Shown piece after piece: positions 39,700 through 53,995 of a stretch of 64,000 bases of DNA; position 1 is the first letter of the stretch, and every line of letters starts with the position of its first letter. Under the pieces are notes generated by a model. It was not told the origin of the DNA. It did not search any database and worked only from the letters and a program-made list of their open reading frames with translations. This DNA comes from Welwitschia mirabilis (lineage: Eukaryota). Position numbers and translations under genes: made by a program. The stretch covers positions 49,137,645 to 49,201,644 of the forward strand of contig JBOZIK010000001.1 in the NCBI GenBank assembly GCA_051453625.1, given 5' to 3'.

Positions 39700-41500
39700 A
39701 TGTGTCATTTTGAAATTTTAAAAAAAGCTAGTAATTGATTATAGAAATAAAAATAAAAATAAATGATTTAATTGTACAACATTAATAGTTTGATATCTTA
39801 TTGAAAATGTGTGCTTATAAATTTCGTCTACCCATAAAACTATGGATGGATTATATGTCACTAAATAAGAATAGGTAACAATTTACTCATGGAATTCAAT
39901 CATGAATTAAACTAATTATTTTCATAACAAATACATATGAAATGTGAAAATAAAATAGAAATTAATGGAAATATAGTAACATTAACTTGTGTACCTAAGG
40001 TTACCTTTAAAGAAAATAAAGTTTACAACAATTATAGAATTTTTTTGAAAAAAGGAGTATTCTCATAAATTTTTAGCATAAGAAACCTTACTTGCAAAAT
40101 GTGTCATAGAGCTAAAGAAGTCATAGTAGAAATGAACTAATTTTAATATCTAATATAAATATATCAAAGTACAAGAGTGATCTGAAAGTATTTTCCAAGT
40201 AAAACCAGCTTTCAAACTCCATTCTTCATTGGAAACTATCTAAATTTACATGCAAGTCATGAAGAAATTTAGGGAAAAAGTACAAATGTAATTAGTGTAA
40301 AACTCAATATAGATGAGTACGACATGGAATGAGGATTATTATAACATCATATTAGGATCTTAACCTCCTCTTATTTCTTTGAAAAACATTATCACTAATG
40401 CTATCATTAAGTTATGAGTTAGGAATAAGATCTTCTTCCTTGTTATTAACTTATCAGGATCTATTAAATATTTTCTTTCATAGAGAGATAAATGGGATTT
40501 AGATAAATTTCAACCTTAGATTATTCTTAAGATACAAGATAAAATCATAGAATTCAGTTCTTTTTACCTTTTATAAGGTGATAAGTTGTTCTATTGCTAA
40601 TATAATCCCCATGCAATAAACATTGGCTTTATATCATTACCTGATAAAACATCTATAATAAAAATATTTCGCTCTATTATCACTATGTGATGTGTATAGT
40701 TGTGTCTTTATCATGTCTTTATTGCCTTACAAGAAGATAGTTATACAGTTAAATTCATTTTGCTAGCTTATAGCTGGGAAATAAGCTAGCACAAAGTAAA
40801 ACATAAAAATGCTTAAAATATTAATAAGAATTATTAAGTAATTATTGAGTATTTTAATTTTGTATCAATAGAGAAAATATACAAATGTCATTAATAATTT
40901 CTAATTAACTCTAATTTCCTAGGTAAACTATGACAAAATTATCCTTAAAGTGGTGAATTTTATGGTTACATTACCCTTGCTTTTATTAAGCATTCCAAAA
41001 TGATGCAACATAATTATTTAACATTAATGGTTTCAGATGTTATGCTAAAATACATTCATACATGGGGATGATAGAATAGTAGTGATTAACTTCATTCCTA
41101 AAAGGTTTTTATATAAAAATATAATGTAACTCAGCTTAATGATGAAATTCAAGAATAATTAATATTATATTGAGTTAGTTATCATTTGATTAATACACCA
41201 TACAAATGCATGTTATTAATTGTTTACTTAAGAAAATAATTCCAAATTTAATGGATTTTATTTCTTGAAACAATCATACATAAAAGTGAAAAAGCATACA
41301 TAGTTTTATTTAGCACACTTTTAATTTTTTTTATTTGAACTCTATAATAAAAATACTTCTAGCATAAATTATAATATTATTTTGAATTTCTATATGTTTT
41401 GTAGATCAAACTAGGCCAACTTTATACCTTGTATTTTAATGTTTAGTTAGCATATTTTATGATGATAATAAGAGTAACAAAAAGAACAAGAGTAAATGAA
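39700..41500 (+). mobile_element. possible MULE (MuDR) transposase relic
   Basis: Fragments resembling MuDR motifs: CHRAKEVIVEM (~40100, cf. WRAK..A), GC..I..(D/N)G (~41000-41035), EN...W..FL (~41230-41270), H..C..H-like (~41295-41320). Confidence 0.35.
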
Positions 41501-41658
41501 GAGTTGTATAAGAATAACAAGGCATCATGCTTAGTTTAAATTCATGTCAATATAATATAATAAGATGGGTGAAAATAAAAATAACTTATGAGTTAACTAA
41601 ATTACTAAAATGAAAGCTCTTATGAATTTCTAAATATATGTGTTAAAATAAAAGAAAG

Positions 41659-41682
41659 TATATATATATATATATATATATC

Positions 41683-41722
<40 letters not shown>

Positions 41723-42242
41723 CCCTTANNNNNNNNNNNNNNNNNNNNNNNNNNNNNNNNNNNNNNNNNNNNNNNNNNNNNNNNNNNNNNNNNNNNNNNN
41801 NNNNNNNNNNNNNNNNNNNNNNNNNNNNNNNNNNNNNNNNNNNNNNNNNNNNNNNNNNNNNNNNNNNNNNNNNNNNNNNNNNNNNNNNNNNNNNNNNNNN
41901 NNNNNNNNNNNNNNNNNNNNNNNNNNNNNNNNNNNNNNNNNNNNNNNNNNNNNNNNNNNNNNNNNNNNNNNNNNNNNNNNNNNNNNNNNNNNNNNNNNNN
42001 NNNNNNNNNNNNNNNNNNNNNNNNNNNNNNNNNNNNNNNNNNNNNNNNNNNNNNNNNNNNNNNNNNNNNNNNNNNNNNNNNNNNNNNNNNNNNNNNNNNN
42101 NNNNNNNNNNNNNNNNNNNNNNNNNNNNNNNNNNNNNNNNNNNNNNNNNNNNNNNNNNNNNNNNNNNNNNNNNNNNNNNNNNNNNNNNNNNNNNNNNNNN
42201 NNNNNNNNNNNNNNNNNNNNNNNNNNNNNNNNNNNNNNNNNN

Positions 42243-42317
<75 letters not shown>
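41659..42317. repeat. compound (TA)n(GA)n microsatellite on both sides of a gap
   Basis: Seen directly at 41659-41719 and 42243-42317; both copies are followed by ACCCTTA. Confidence 0.95.
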
Positions 42318-42320
<3 letters not shown>

Positions 42321-42831
42321 CTTAACCAGAAAGGAATAACTTATAAACTACCTACAAATATTAAATAGAAAAGATATAAAATAAAATTATTTTAATTATT
42401 ATCCATATTAAATTCTTAAACTAATAGCATAATTTTATTATATATTTGTATATCATTAATAAGATCTAGTATAGTTTATTTTAACTTTTAAAAGATATCA
42501 TAGCTAGAGTTATAATCATATTAGTTATTTAAAAAGATAAGAATAACTTATATTAATATTTTTTAAGCTATAGTCATAATATGATGTACAAAAATTAAAT
42601 TTATTAAGTTTAGATTCCTACAAGTATATTTTCTAAGACATAATGTAAATATAATAATTTCCTAAATTTTTAGAGTTGTTATGATAGTACATCACACTAG
42701 AAAGATCATAACTCTTACACTACTTTGAATTTTTAAGTGATCAAGGATACTTTGGAAATATTCTAGAATTATCTATAACTATTTACTTATTTACCATGAA
42801 ATATTGATCTTGCAAAATAAAAATAAATGCT

Positions 42832-45468
42832 TTTTTGTTTTCATTTTCTAAGTTATTTTTATTAAATAACTTTTAAAATTTTATTAGATATTAGAAATTT
42901 TTTTATTTTTTGAATTTTTTTCATTCTAATAGAATTATCAAATTATTAATAAAAAATCTTATTAATATTTATTCAATATTTCACAAGTTATAATATTCTT
43001 AAACTATGCTTTATTTTGTTAAATTTAGACTTTACATATATAAAGAACATAAACGTTAATAAATAAATACACAATAATAATAGTTGATAAAATTGATATT
43101 ATAACTTAATTTAAATATTCTATAGAATATAATAAATAAGTATTTATTAGCAAAAAGTAATATTAATCATAAAACACAATGGACAAGGCTTATTTAAAGA
43201 AAACAATTTCAATGAGCCTTAGGATTTGACTTAAAGGTTAACTAGCACGAATAAAATTTAAGGATTAAATCATTCATCTTAATAAGAGGATCCTAATGTA
43301 CATTTTATGTAATAAAAGATATAAAGTTCACTTAATATTGAATAATGTAATACAAACATGGTTTCCCAGATAAGTCCCTTGGACAAGTATTTCCATTAGT
43401 AAATCTCATCAACCAAGCATACAAAGAGAGTTCACAAATCTTTTCCTGATCTTTGTTTAAGCTTAATGGAAGAGATAACTTTCATAAAACATTTCTATTA
43501 CATATTAACCAATATACCTAATTGTTATGCGTCTTACTTTTATTTTTCTTGATGTAACCCAAACTAAATACAAAATATTTTAAGGGAATACTTTATTAGA
43601 AACTAATTTTATTAAGAAAAAGAGACAACATAAGAATAAAAAAGATCAAATGAAACATACTTGGAAAGGTAAATGATTGGTAACTTCTAATTGGTAGCTT
43701 GTTGTTTTTGTTATCATTTTCTAAGTTATTTTTATTAAATAAATTTCAAAATTTTAATAGATATTAGACAGTTTTATATTTTTAGAATTTTTATGTCCTA
43801 ATATATTTATAAAATTATTAAGAAAAAAATCTCATTAATCTTTATTTAATATCTCACAAGTTATGATATTCTTAAACTTTGCTTTCATTTTGTAAAATTT
43901 AGACTTTATGCATATAAAGAACATAAAAATTAATAGATAAATACATAATAATGATAGTTTATAAAATTGATATTAAAACTTAATTTAAATATTCTATAGA
44001 AAATAATAAGTAAATATTTATTAATAAAAATTAATATTAATCATAAAACACAATGGACAAGGCTTATTTAGAGAAAACAATTTCAATGAGCCTTAGGATT
44101 GGACTTAGAGGTTAACTAGCATGAATAAAATTTAAGTATTAAATCATTCATCTTAATAAGAGGATCATAATGTACGTTTGATGTAATAAAAGATATAAAA
44201 TTCACTTAATACTAAATAATGTAATACAAACATGGTTACTCGGATAAGTCCCTTGGACAAGTATTTTCATTAGTAAATCTCATCAAACAAGCATACAAAG
44301 AGATTTCACAAATCTTTTCCTGATCTTTGTTTAAGCTTAATAGAAGAGATACCTTTCATAAAACATTTGTATTACATATTAAGTAATATACCTAATTGTT
44401 ATGCATCATGCTTTTATTTATCTCGATGTAACTCAAACTAGTTTATAAACACCATAATAAGAATACAAAATATGCTAAGGTAATACTTTATCAGTAACTA
44501 ATTTTATTAAGAAAAAGAGATAACGTAAGAATAAAAAAGATCAAATGAGACAAATGGTTAGTAACTTCTAATTGGTAGCTTGTTGTTTTTGGTTTTCATT
44601 TTCTAAGTTATTTTTATTAAATAACTTTTAAAATTTTATTAGATATTAGAAAGTTTTCTATTTTTTGGATTTTTTCATTCTAATAGAATTATCAAATTAT
44701 TAAAAAAAATGTCATTAATCTTTATTCAATATTTCACAAGTTATGATGTTCTTAAACTATGCTTTCATTTTGTTAAATTTAGACTTTACATATATAAAGA
44801 ACATAAACATTAATAAATAAATACATAATAATGATATTCGATAAAACTGATATTAGAACTTAATTTAAATATTCAATAGAATATAATAAATTAGTATTTA
44901 ATAACAAAAAGTAATATTAATCATGAAACACAATGCACAAGGCTTATTTAAAGAAAACAATTTTAATGAGCCTTAGGATTTTACTTAAAGGTTAACTAGC
45001 ATGAATAAAATTTCAGGATTAAATCATTCATCCTAATAAGAGGATCCTAATGTACATTTGATGTTATAAAAGATATAAAATTCACTGAATACTGAATAAT
45101 GTAACATAAACATGGTTACCCAGATAAGTCCCTTGGACAAGTATTTTCATTAGTAAATCTCATCAACCAAGCATACAAAGAGATTTCACGAATCTTTTCA
45201 TAATCTTGGTTTAAGCTTAATGGAAGGGATAACTTTCATAAAACACTTCTATTACATATTAAGCACTATACCTAATTGTTATGCATCTTACTTTTATTTA
45301 GCTTGATGTAACCCAAAAGTAGTTTATAAACACTATAATAAGAATACAAAATATGCTAAGGGAATACTTTATTAGTAACTAATTCTATTAAGAAAAAGAG
45401 ACAACATAAGAATAAAAAATAAAATCAAATGAAACATAGTTGAAAAGGTAAATGATTGGTAGCTTCTA
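42832..45468 (+). repeat. three tandem copies of an ~873-882-bp unit
   Basis: CATTTTCTAAGTTATTTTTATTAAATAA recurs at 42842, 43715 and 44597. Internal blocks such as GATAAGTCCCTTGGACAAGTATTT and AATGAGCCTTAGGATT occur three times. Confidence 0.95.
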
Positions 45469-45470
45469 CG

Positions 45471-45862
45471 TGATAAAGATTTTATGAAGGCCTAAGCTCC
45501 AACATCCTTGGCTATAAGCTTTAAGATCTAACATCCAAATCCTACATTTAGAAGTAAAGAAATGGAAAAATAAGAAGATGAAAGAACGAGAAGTAATTTT
45601 AGTAGTATATGCTTATAGAAAATGAATTAGTCTATAACAAAGGCAAGATCTTTATTTATCAATAAATCAAGAGCAAAGTTTCTAGATATAGTTAGTCAAA
45701 AACCATGAATATCAGTTTACTTGTATGGTAGAAAAATCACATTAAATTGGATAATACTAATTACATTAAATTAAATAATGTCAATCATTAATATGTTAGA
45801 TGATCATATGTGATAGATTACATTGATCTATTAAAGGATAAGAAGACATGATATTTATAACA
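45471..45862. repeat. possible short LTR remnant
   Basis: TGATAAAGAT...ATTTATAACA ends (TG...CA, imperfect inverted repeat). No TSD seen. Confidence 0.25.
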
Positions 45863-46199
45863 CATTTACCTACCTAAGGTGAGTAATTTCCTTACTATAA
45901 TTAACAATGTTAGTTAGAAACATCATTTTCTCATGCTAGTTCATTCTTAATCTTTCATATCTTCATAATGATATTTGATCAATTTAAAACATACATTAAA
46001 CAACGTTTAATATGCATTAAAAGAATAAGTCTTCTTCTATGTACAAAATTTAAAAGTTTCATGTGTCATAATGAGATAAAAGTTTCCAAAACTAAATGAA
46101 TAATAAAATAAATATTTTATAAATAAAATACTATTACAAATACCAAGAAGGGTAAAGGTTATAATAGAGTAAAATCTACTCTTTTATCCTTCTTAGTTT

Positions 46200-47330
46200 A
46201 TGGATAAGAATGCATGTATTTATTTACATGCTTATTAATTTCAAGATCCATCAAATTAAATTCATCAATACAAAAAACAAGAAAGAAAATATCTTAGTTA
46301 AATGTAGTACACTAAATTTTTATCTGCTTCTTTTACCAACTACATTACCTATTTAATTTTATCAAGAATTTTAAATTTTGAGACTTGGATGAGACACATA
46401 AATAAATTTGTCAAACAAAGATATCACATGTCATTCAGGTAAATATTTTGTTTATATTTATTATTTCTCATAAATTTTTAGTTTAATATTTTCACCATTA
46501 AATTCAATGCCTTTGCATAAGTAGGGTTATGTGATTTAATATTTTAATAGCTTTTTTAATTAATTTTTTCTAATAAAAATTAAAAGCTTTTATAAAAGAA
46601 TTATTACCATTATTATTAACGAAAACATGAGAGTTACAACAATTACTGAAACTTACAGGTAATTACTTAAAAGATCATACAAGTATCTACAATAAAAAAT
46701 TAAGCATAATGTATTTTTTCTATTATTTATAATAAAAATATGTAAAGACATTATTGCTTACAAAACTAAATAATAGTTTTCATACAACATTTAATGAAAG
46801 AATGGTTTCATATTAAGATTTAAATATTAAAAAGTATTATATAATCCTCTAAGAGATTAATGTGTATCTAATATTTAAGTAATTAAAAGTTTAAAAAATG
46901 TGAGATATAAAAGTATAATACTAGAATCATAGCTAATATGGATACTTATAAAAGCAATTAAATTTTCTCAAATAAAATACAAGAACTTAAAAGTACTACT
47001 CATGATCATATAGCCATGATAAGAGAGCTAAAGAATGATGATGAAATGAAATCACTCCAAAATATCATGAAACTAAATCTTATAGAAAGAACTAAAAGTT
47101 TTGATAAGTAATTAAAGAGGAAAGGCAAGAAAACTAAACAACTTGAATAGAAAACTAAAATTTTGAATGAAGAATTACAAATGAAAGAGGATAGTTTGCA
47201 AAATCTTATGGATATGATAGTAGGCATATAGGAAGATATACATAACTTAAAAAGGGTCATAATTACTTCATCAACTCCTCAAGAAGAAGTATAGTGAAAA
47301 GAATAAGTCAAAGCTATAGTAATTGAAATA
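46200..47330 (+). mobile_element. possible MULE/FAR1-type transposase C-terminal relic
   Basis: Degenerate SWIM-like segment (KCSTLNFYLLLLP, ~46300) and a basic KRKGKK tract plus knuckle-like CKSYG (~47110-47215). Confidence 0.25.
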
Positions 47331-48050
47331 TACTAATGCACACGAAACACAATAATAGTAAGATCTCTTCAGAATATATTTGGGAAAGCTTAGTTAATAA
47401 GATAATATCATAAATATTTATGTCTCTTATTTTTGTTTGTGAATCCCTATTTTAGATAAATATTTAATGAATTTTAGTATTTTATTTAGCTAAGAGTGTT
47501 ATTCTTAGAAATAACATGAGGTTTAATAATGCATGAAAATATTGTATAACCACTAATATTATGAATAAAACTAGTTATTTCACCTTATAAATAAAAATGA
47601 TATACATCCATAATATTATAAAATAACATATAAAATGGTCAAGCATCATGTAAATGTTAGAAAATTGTAATAGACTTAGCTATGAAAGAATCTTGTAAAC
47701 AAGTGGAAATGTCTAATAAACAAAATCAAAGTATCATGTAAAATCTAATAAGATAATAAGTGAATATATCATGCAATATATATGTTAAAGAAAATTAAAA
47801 AATAAAGATCATGCAATCGTGTGTGTTTTCTAGTTAAAGTTGTTTAATAGTTAGAATATATGATATAGGAAAATGCATGACATAAGTTTAAACAAAAATA
47901 AAAATAAAAATAAATGGAAGATGTCAAACTCAAAACTTTTATTTTTTCATACCTTCCCTTAAAAATATAGCTACCATAATTATTCAAACAAATGATATCA
48001 TTACACTTAGGCCCTTATATTGTACTAAGCATGCCATCTAAAAGTTTGAA

Positions 48051-48065
48051 TGTGTGTGTGTGTGT

Positions 48066-48106
<41 letters not shown>

Positions 48107-48111
48107 CGTGC
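48051..48111. repeat. (TG)n microsatellite
   Basis: Seen directly. Confidence 0.95.
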
Positions 48112-48699
48112 ATGTACCAAATTATTATGCACCATTTTGGAAAGAAGGTTAGCAACTCATGTAGAAGGAAACCATTTTGCATACGATGTTACAGGCATAT
48201 TTTAAGAGTAAGCGCTTGATTATGGATCATATAATCATTATTAGGTTTTACATTAAGTAAGGTAAAGGTAACAAAACAAATATATTCATTTCCTTTATTA
48301 ATTTTATAAAGGCATATGATTTTATTATGAGATAGAAATGGTGGAAAATTCTTAGTAATTTTGATGTTAGTCTTTCCCTACTCAATGTCATTCAATAATT
48401 GTATACAAGAATAGTAAATTCAAAAAAATTATAGAAACAAAAAGAATCTTATAAAAGTGAAACAAGTTTGTTTTCTTTCATTCACTTTTTTGGAATGTTT
48501 GTAGATGAACTTAAAAGTTGGATCCAACATTAACTAAAAATTATGTTATTAGAGTGGGATAAATTCCAATTTATTTTCCAATTTTTGTAGATGATGTAAC
48601 ACTTATTAAAATATCTCACAAAGGATTGTAAGAAATACTACAAGTACTAGGAAAAGTTTATAAGTATTCAAGATAAAGATAAATGTTGGTAAAATTAAA

Positions 48700-50150
48700 A
48701 AAAAAATTGTATGTTACATAAAGAAAAGAGATTATGATTTTTAGCTAAATATAAAAAATTTAAAATTATAGATACAAGAATATACTTAAATTGGAGTTCT
48801 CTCATAAGTATAAAGGAAATCATTTTATATTATAAAGAGTGTCAAATGATTAAAAGGCTTTTTACGATGTAAAGGATAATTATAAGAAGGAAAATATTTA
48901 ATTATGGGAGATTCATAAATATATTTTTCACATTGTTGTATTACTTATTAGTCTTTATGAATTCATAATTTAGAGTTTATAATTAGCTAATGATTCATGG
49001 AAAAAATTAGAAAAAGTTCAAAAATAATATTTCTTAAATGAATTCAAGATTTAAACTTTATGTACCATATGTAATTTTACTGTTGGAGGTTAAGTTGCTA
49101 CCAATAGATGCTAAAGCCATGTACCAATTTCTAGTCTACTATCTAACTACAAAATATAATTAAAAAATCTCTACAAATATAATAAAAAATTGAGCAAAAA
49201 ATATGGAAAGATGGTGATAAGATATGATTACAAAGATGGGGAATTCAAGATCTAGATGAAATAAAAGATTTAAAAAAGATCTCAAGATTGTAAAATAAAT
49301 GTGGATTGAACAATGATTAATGAAATACAAAATCAAAAGAAACTCTAGTTCTATTATAAATATATTATATGAGGGAAACTTAGTGGATCAATAGAATATT
49401 TACATGTAGAAATCCTATTGTAGATGCAAGTATTAATTACTATAATAAGAATGAGATCTTATCAGCTTGAATTTAAAACTAGAAGATGGGAAAATATTCC
49501 AAAACTAGGTTGAGTATGTAGATTATGTTTACTTCAAGTTATAAAAGATGAAAAACATATCTAATTGTAACGATATATAACTAAATATTTTAGATGTAAG
49601 TGGAACATTGAAAGCAAGTCTCTATATGAATTATTTAACATATCATCTTTAGCATTAAAAAAAATATCCAAAAGATGTGTTTTGAATATGTGATTATTAA
49701 ACACATTTGATAGACACTAGAAATATTGATGTTGATGTATTTTGTACTAACTGATTTGATCTGACAAATAATCTTGAGTATACATAACATAATACAATTT
49801 AGTTTTAGTCTTAGTATATATGGAATTACTTGATGATAAGAAAATATAATGAAATAAGATGTTGAGATGATAAGTAGCATATTAAGTACTACATATAACC
49901 ATCATGTAAAATCATTATCCTATAAATAAGTAAGATTTCTATCTAAAAATTCTTATCTTACATGAGAATAATGAAGAATAATACATATCATGATTACAGG
50001 AGAATGATGTATATCATAATGATAATTAAACTTATACCCATAATAGTTTAAATACTTAAAAGTACATAAGTTGAAATATCTACAATCAATATTTTAGGAA
50101 CCATGAACTATTTGATCCTTATATCACCTGCAAGGTATAAAATCATAAGA
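48700..50150 (+). mobile_element. possible second MULE transposase relic
   Basis: Eroded motifs in MuDR order: WEIHKY..H..C (~48905-48940), VD.T-like (~49300) and IF....C..-like (~49495-49545). Confidence 0.3.
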
Positions 50151-52299
50151 ACCTAAAAGTTCTAATAGTATATTCTCATTATATTTTCTCTATATTCTTA
50201 ACATTAGTTTTTTTTGTATTCATATGTTATTATTTTTATATATTTTTCTTTATTAGACCATTTGCTTCACATTAATTAAAGTATCATTTGGTCTTAAATC
50301 AAGAAGCACTTTTCCAAATAAATATCCATAACACTATAGTTAAGAAAAAATAAACTTACTACATTCCTCGACTATGATACTGTTGTTGCATATTCTTTAG
50401 TCATTTCATTTAAAAACTATTCTAATCATAATAATTTTTAAAATAGCTAATAACTTTGTAAATCAAATATAATGCACTCTAATAGTAAAAATCTTAATAT
50501 ATCACATGGTATTATATTTACCAAATCTAATCTTGCATAGTACTTAAGTAGTGTTATATGATCTAATGCCAATGAATTTATAGATTTTCTTAGAATTGTT
50601 AAGTAATTAGTTTTCATAAAACCCATGTTTGTTTCTTATATTTTTGGATACATTAATTTTATACTCCTAACACATTGATTAGACATAATCTTATTTCTAA
50701 TTTTATGTCCATAGCATATCTCCATTAGACACTACCATATTTACATACTTCAAGATTACTTCAGGCTGTTACTTTCCTTATCCCTATGATAAGAGAACTT
50801 TTTAAATAGATATAATGCATATAAAAATATAAAATTATTTGATTTTATAGTTTTTTATGCCCTTTTTTGGAATAAATTTATATTATTATCATGTTAACTA
50901 GAATTTATATTAATTAATTATAATGACTCCCTCCCTAGTGATGCCTTTCATCACCTTGAGGACTATGATGATGAGGAGCAGGATCTTATCTAATAGGAGT
51001 CAAGGTGGACCAATTTATTCTAGGGTTTCTTAAGAGATAATACAAGGAGTACCTAGTGGTGTTTATAAAGTTAGCAAGACTAAAACTTCATTACCTTAAA
51101 AAATGGAAGTTGTATCAATAAGTTTGATGCTTGTTAGCAATAAGTCACTCAAAAAACTCGATAATCAAGTAAAATCAGAACTAGTGGTTTTCAAATGTGA
51201 CATAACTTTAACAATCATAAGCTTCATTAGAATGAATTTATAACACTAGAATAATATGATTAAAATATGTAAAATTCTCATTTGTGATGATTTTTGCAAC
51301 ATTACAAGATTGTAAAAAAAAATAGTGATAAAAATCTTTAAAGAAACATTCTAACAGTAAAGCAATGCTTCCATTTTGAGTTTCATTTTCAGAAATGTCT
51401 TCTAATAAAAGGGAGGGAAAAACCACATAATACTAGAAACTTGGGAAAAAATGAAAGAGTACTTACTTTGAAAAAACTATAATAGTGTTGATATGCCACC
51501 AAAACATATAAATCAAAGTACAATAATAATTCACTAGGTAAAAATATAAATTGTATTACATTCAAAGTAAAATTTAATATTTGTTTTTTAAATTTTTTAA
51601 TTATATTGTAACTTTTACATAGGTTTATATCTTGTTATGTATAAATAACATGTATACTTAACTTAGATCTAAGGATTGGATATAAATTCACATCTTGAAT
51701 GAGAATCTTATGCCCATGTGGAGAATTAATATTTCCTTTTTATTTCATAGACATCATGATTTTTAATGTAATGAGATTAACAACCACATCGAAAACCATG
51801 CCATAAATAGTGTCTAATACAATATGAATTGATAAATTAATTAGCATAATAACGTAACATAAATCCATGGTGTTTATAAGTTATTTTCATGGCATAAAAT
51901 AATAAATGCCATGTCATAATAAATATAAAAAATAATCTCAAAGTTTAAAAACTTTTTTAAGAGACTTTGTTATGAAAATTAAATACACTTAAGTAAAAAT
52001 AAGTTGGCTAATAATCATCTATCAGTTAGCAAAATAAGTTAGCCCAACTTAATAAAAGTCAGCTTCATTAAATTAGGATTGTGAATTGCTCATATGACTA
52101 TTAGTTACATCATTTTTAATCATTAATTCCTACTCAGAGTTCTAGGTGATCATGAACTTTCCCAATTTTTTCATACATTTATAGGTGAATAACTAGAAAA
52201 GAATTCAACTAGGTATTAGGGAAGTTATATTATTCTTGCTTAAAAACTATTCAACATCAAGGTTTTCATATATTGAATAAAATATTAGCTATAATAGTC

Positions 52300-53700
52300 A
52301 AAAATTAAGCCAAGATAGAACTATAGTAAAATATTAAGCAAATAAATGAAATTATAACTAATTCTTTTAGGAGTAGCCATAGTAATATCTCTTACTATTG
52401 CATAATCACAATTTATTCTTGAAAGATGTTCTAAATCATCTTTAGAAAAACCTTGTAAAAAAGGTAACCAACATTAGTGAAATCAATTTTTGTAACTTAT
52501 AAAGGTAGGTAGCACATTGCCAAAAATGAACCATGGAAAAATAGATAATTTCTTTGGAGTCTAAATCCTCTAAATAACTTTGAAAATCTTTTATTAAAAA
52601 TTGCTTTTTGAATCTATCATAAAGTTTATTAAGATAAGCAATAAATTTTATTTGAAATCAATTATTTGAAGCCTCTTTCTATTTCCAATCACATGCTTAA
52701 AAGTGTTTTCTCTCTATATGATCCAAATCTTTATTCAAATTATTTACTCTTGGAGTAGATCTTAAGATTCCATCCATATTATTGATATGAACATAGACAC
52801 TTAAAAATACAAGCATCTAATGAACATGTTCCAAAGGACTACCAAAAGTTTTAGTACTCCTATTGTCATTAACAAAGCTCCTCAAAGTGGTCCAACCATT
52901 ATTTAAAAAAAAAAAAAAAAATCCTTAAAAGTTAGAAGGTTTTAAATCTCACAAGTGCATATAGATCAAGTGCTAAAGCTATTGAAGTATGAGCTAAGTT
53001 GAAAAATAGGATACTTCCACCTTTGTTTTAGAAAATTCTTGTCCCTTATTAATTAAATTCGATGGAAAAGAAGAAGTTGGACATGGTTGAGATTAAACTT
53101 TTAAAGGTCTTCTTACACGATTTCCTCCTTTGCCTAAAGACGATGAGGCCCCTCTAAGAATTCTTACTTTTGGAAGGGCTCCGTATTGGTTTAGCATCTA
53201 AGTGTTGTTTTGCAAGGGAGATGTCAACAATACCTAGAACTCTAGGCATCTTTAGAAGTTAATAATACTTCGATGTTACATTACAAAAGGAGTTTTTAAT
53301 GAGTTTATCATATGGAAAAAAAATCTATGAAAGTTAAAATATAATCTTCTAGATAGAGTTGTTAGACGAGGAAATATAATCGATATAAATTAGTTTAGTG
53401 AAAAAAAAAATGCTCAGAAACATAATTCTGCCTACATGAGTAAGCTCTTTGTTTTTTTTTTAGTTTAGTAACTTTTCCTTAATAACTTCCAAAATACAGT
53501 CCTGCATGATGGTACTTAAAGTTTACAGCATCCCAGTATACTAAGAAGCTTGAAGAGATTCCTAAGGATAAGCCATTTTCCAATGAAACGACTTGTCCAT
53601 TAAGATAGTGGGTTCCATGAGCTATGGATGGTTTGTGTCTTGTCTACATTATGTCCTGTCCAAATTCATGGTTAAGCTCACAAAATAGTGTTTAAGAGTA
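52300..53700 (+). mobile_element. highly degenerate LINE reverse-transcriptase relic
   Basis: Motif order resembles L1 RT: LP..N...I / P....F..I...N..YK (~52515-52640), D..KA (~52965), KGL...P (~53105), F.W.G-like and GGL-like (~53555-53640). Confidence 0.4.
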
Positions 53701-53995
53701 AACATGACATTATTCAAGATTTGGACTCTTCTTTAAGCACAATTAAAAAAAGAAATGAACTACTATAAGTACAGTTTATATAAAAATGTTATACATTACA
53801 AATCCCTCCTGGCACATTCCCTACTATAACTTTCACACGTACTTCTTTAGGAACATCGTGACATCTATCCACTCTATGACCACCTAAGCCCTTGCTACTT
53901 CTCATCTAGGACTTAAGGCTACTGAGATGGGAGCATAAGCACCAAAAACAAGTAGACTTGCTCATTAAAAATCAAAAATAAAAAATTAAAAGTGA

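Noticed and set aside
47992..48219. ORF with a CVCVCV run; also the ERERER ORF at 61774-61959
   Set aside because: Translations of (TG)n and (GA)n microsatellites.
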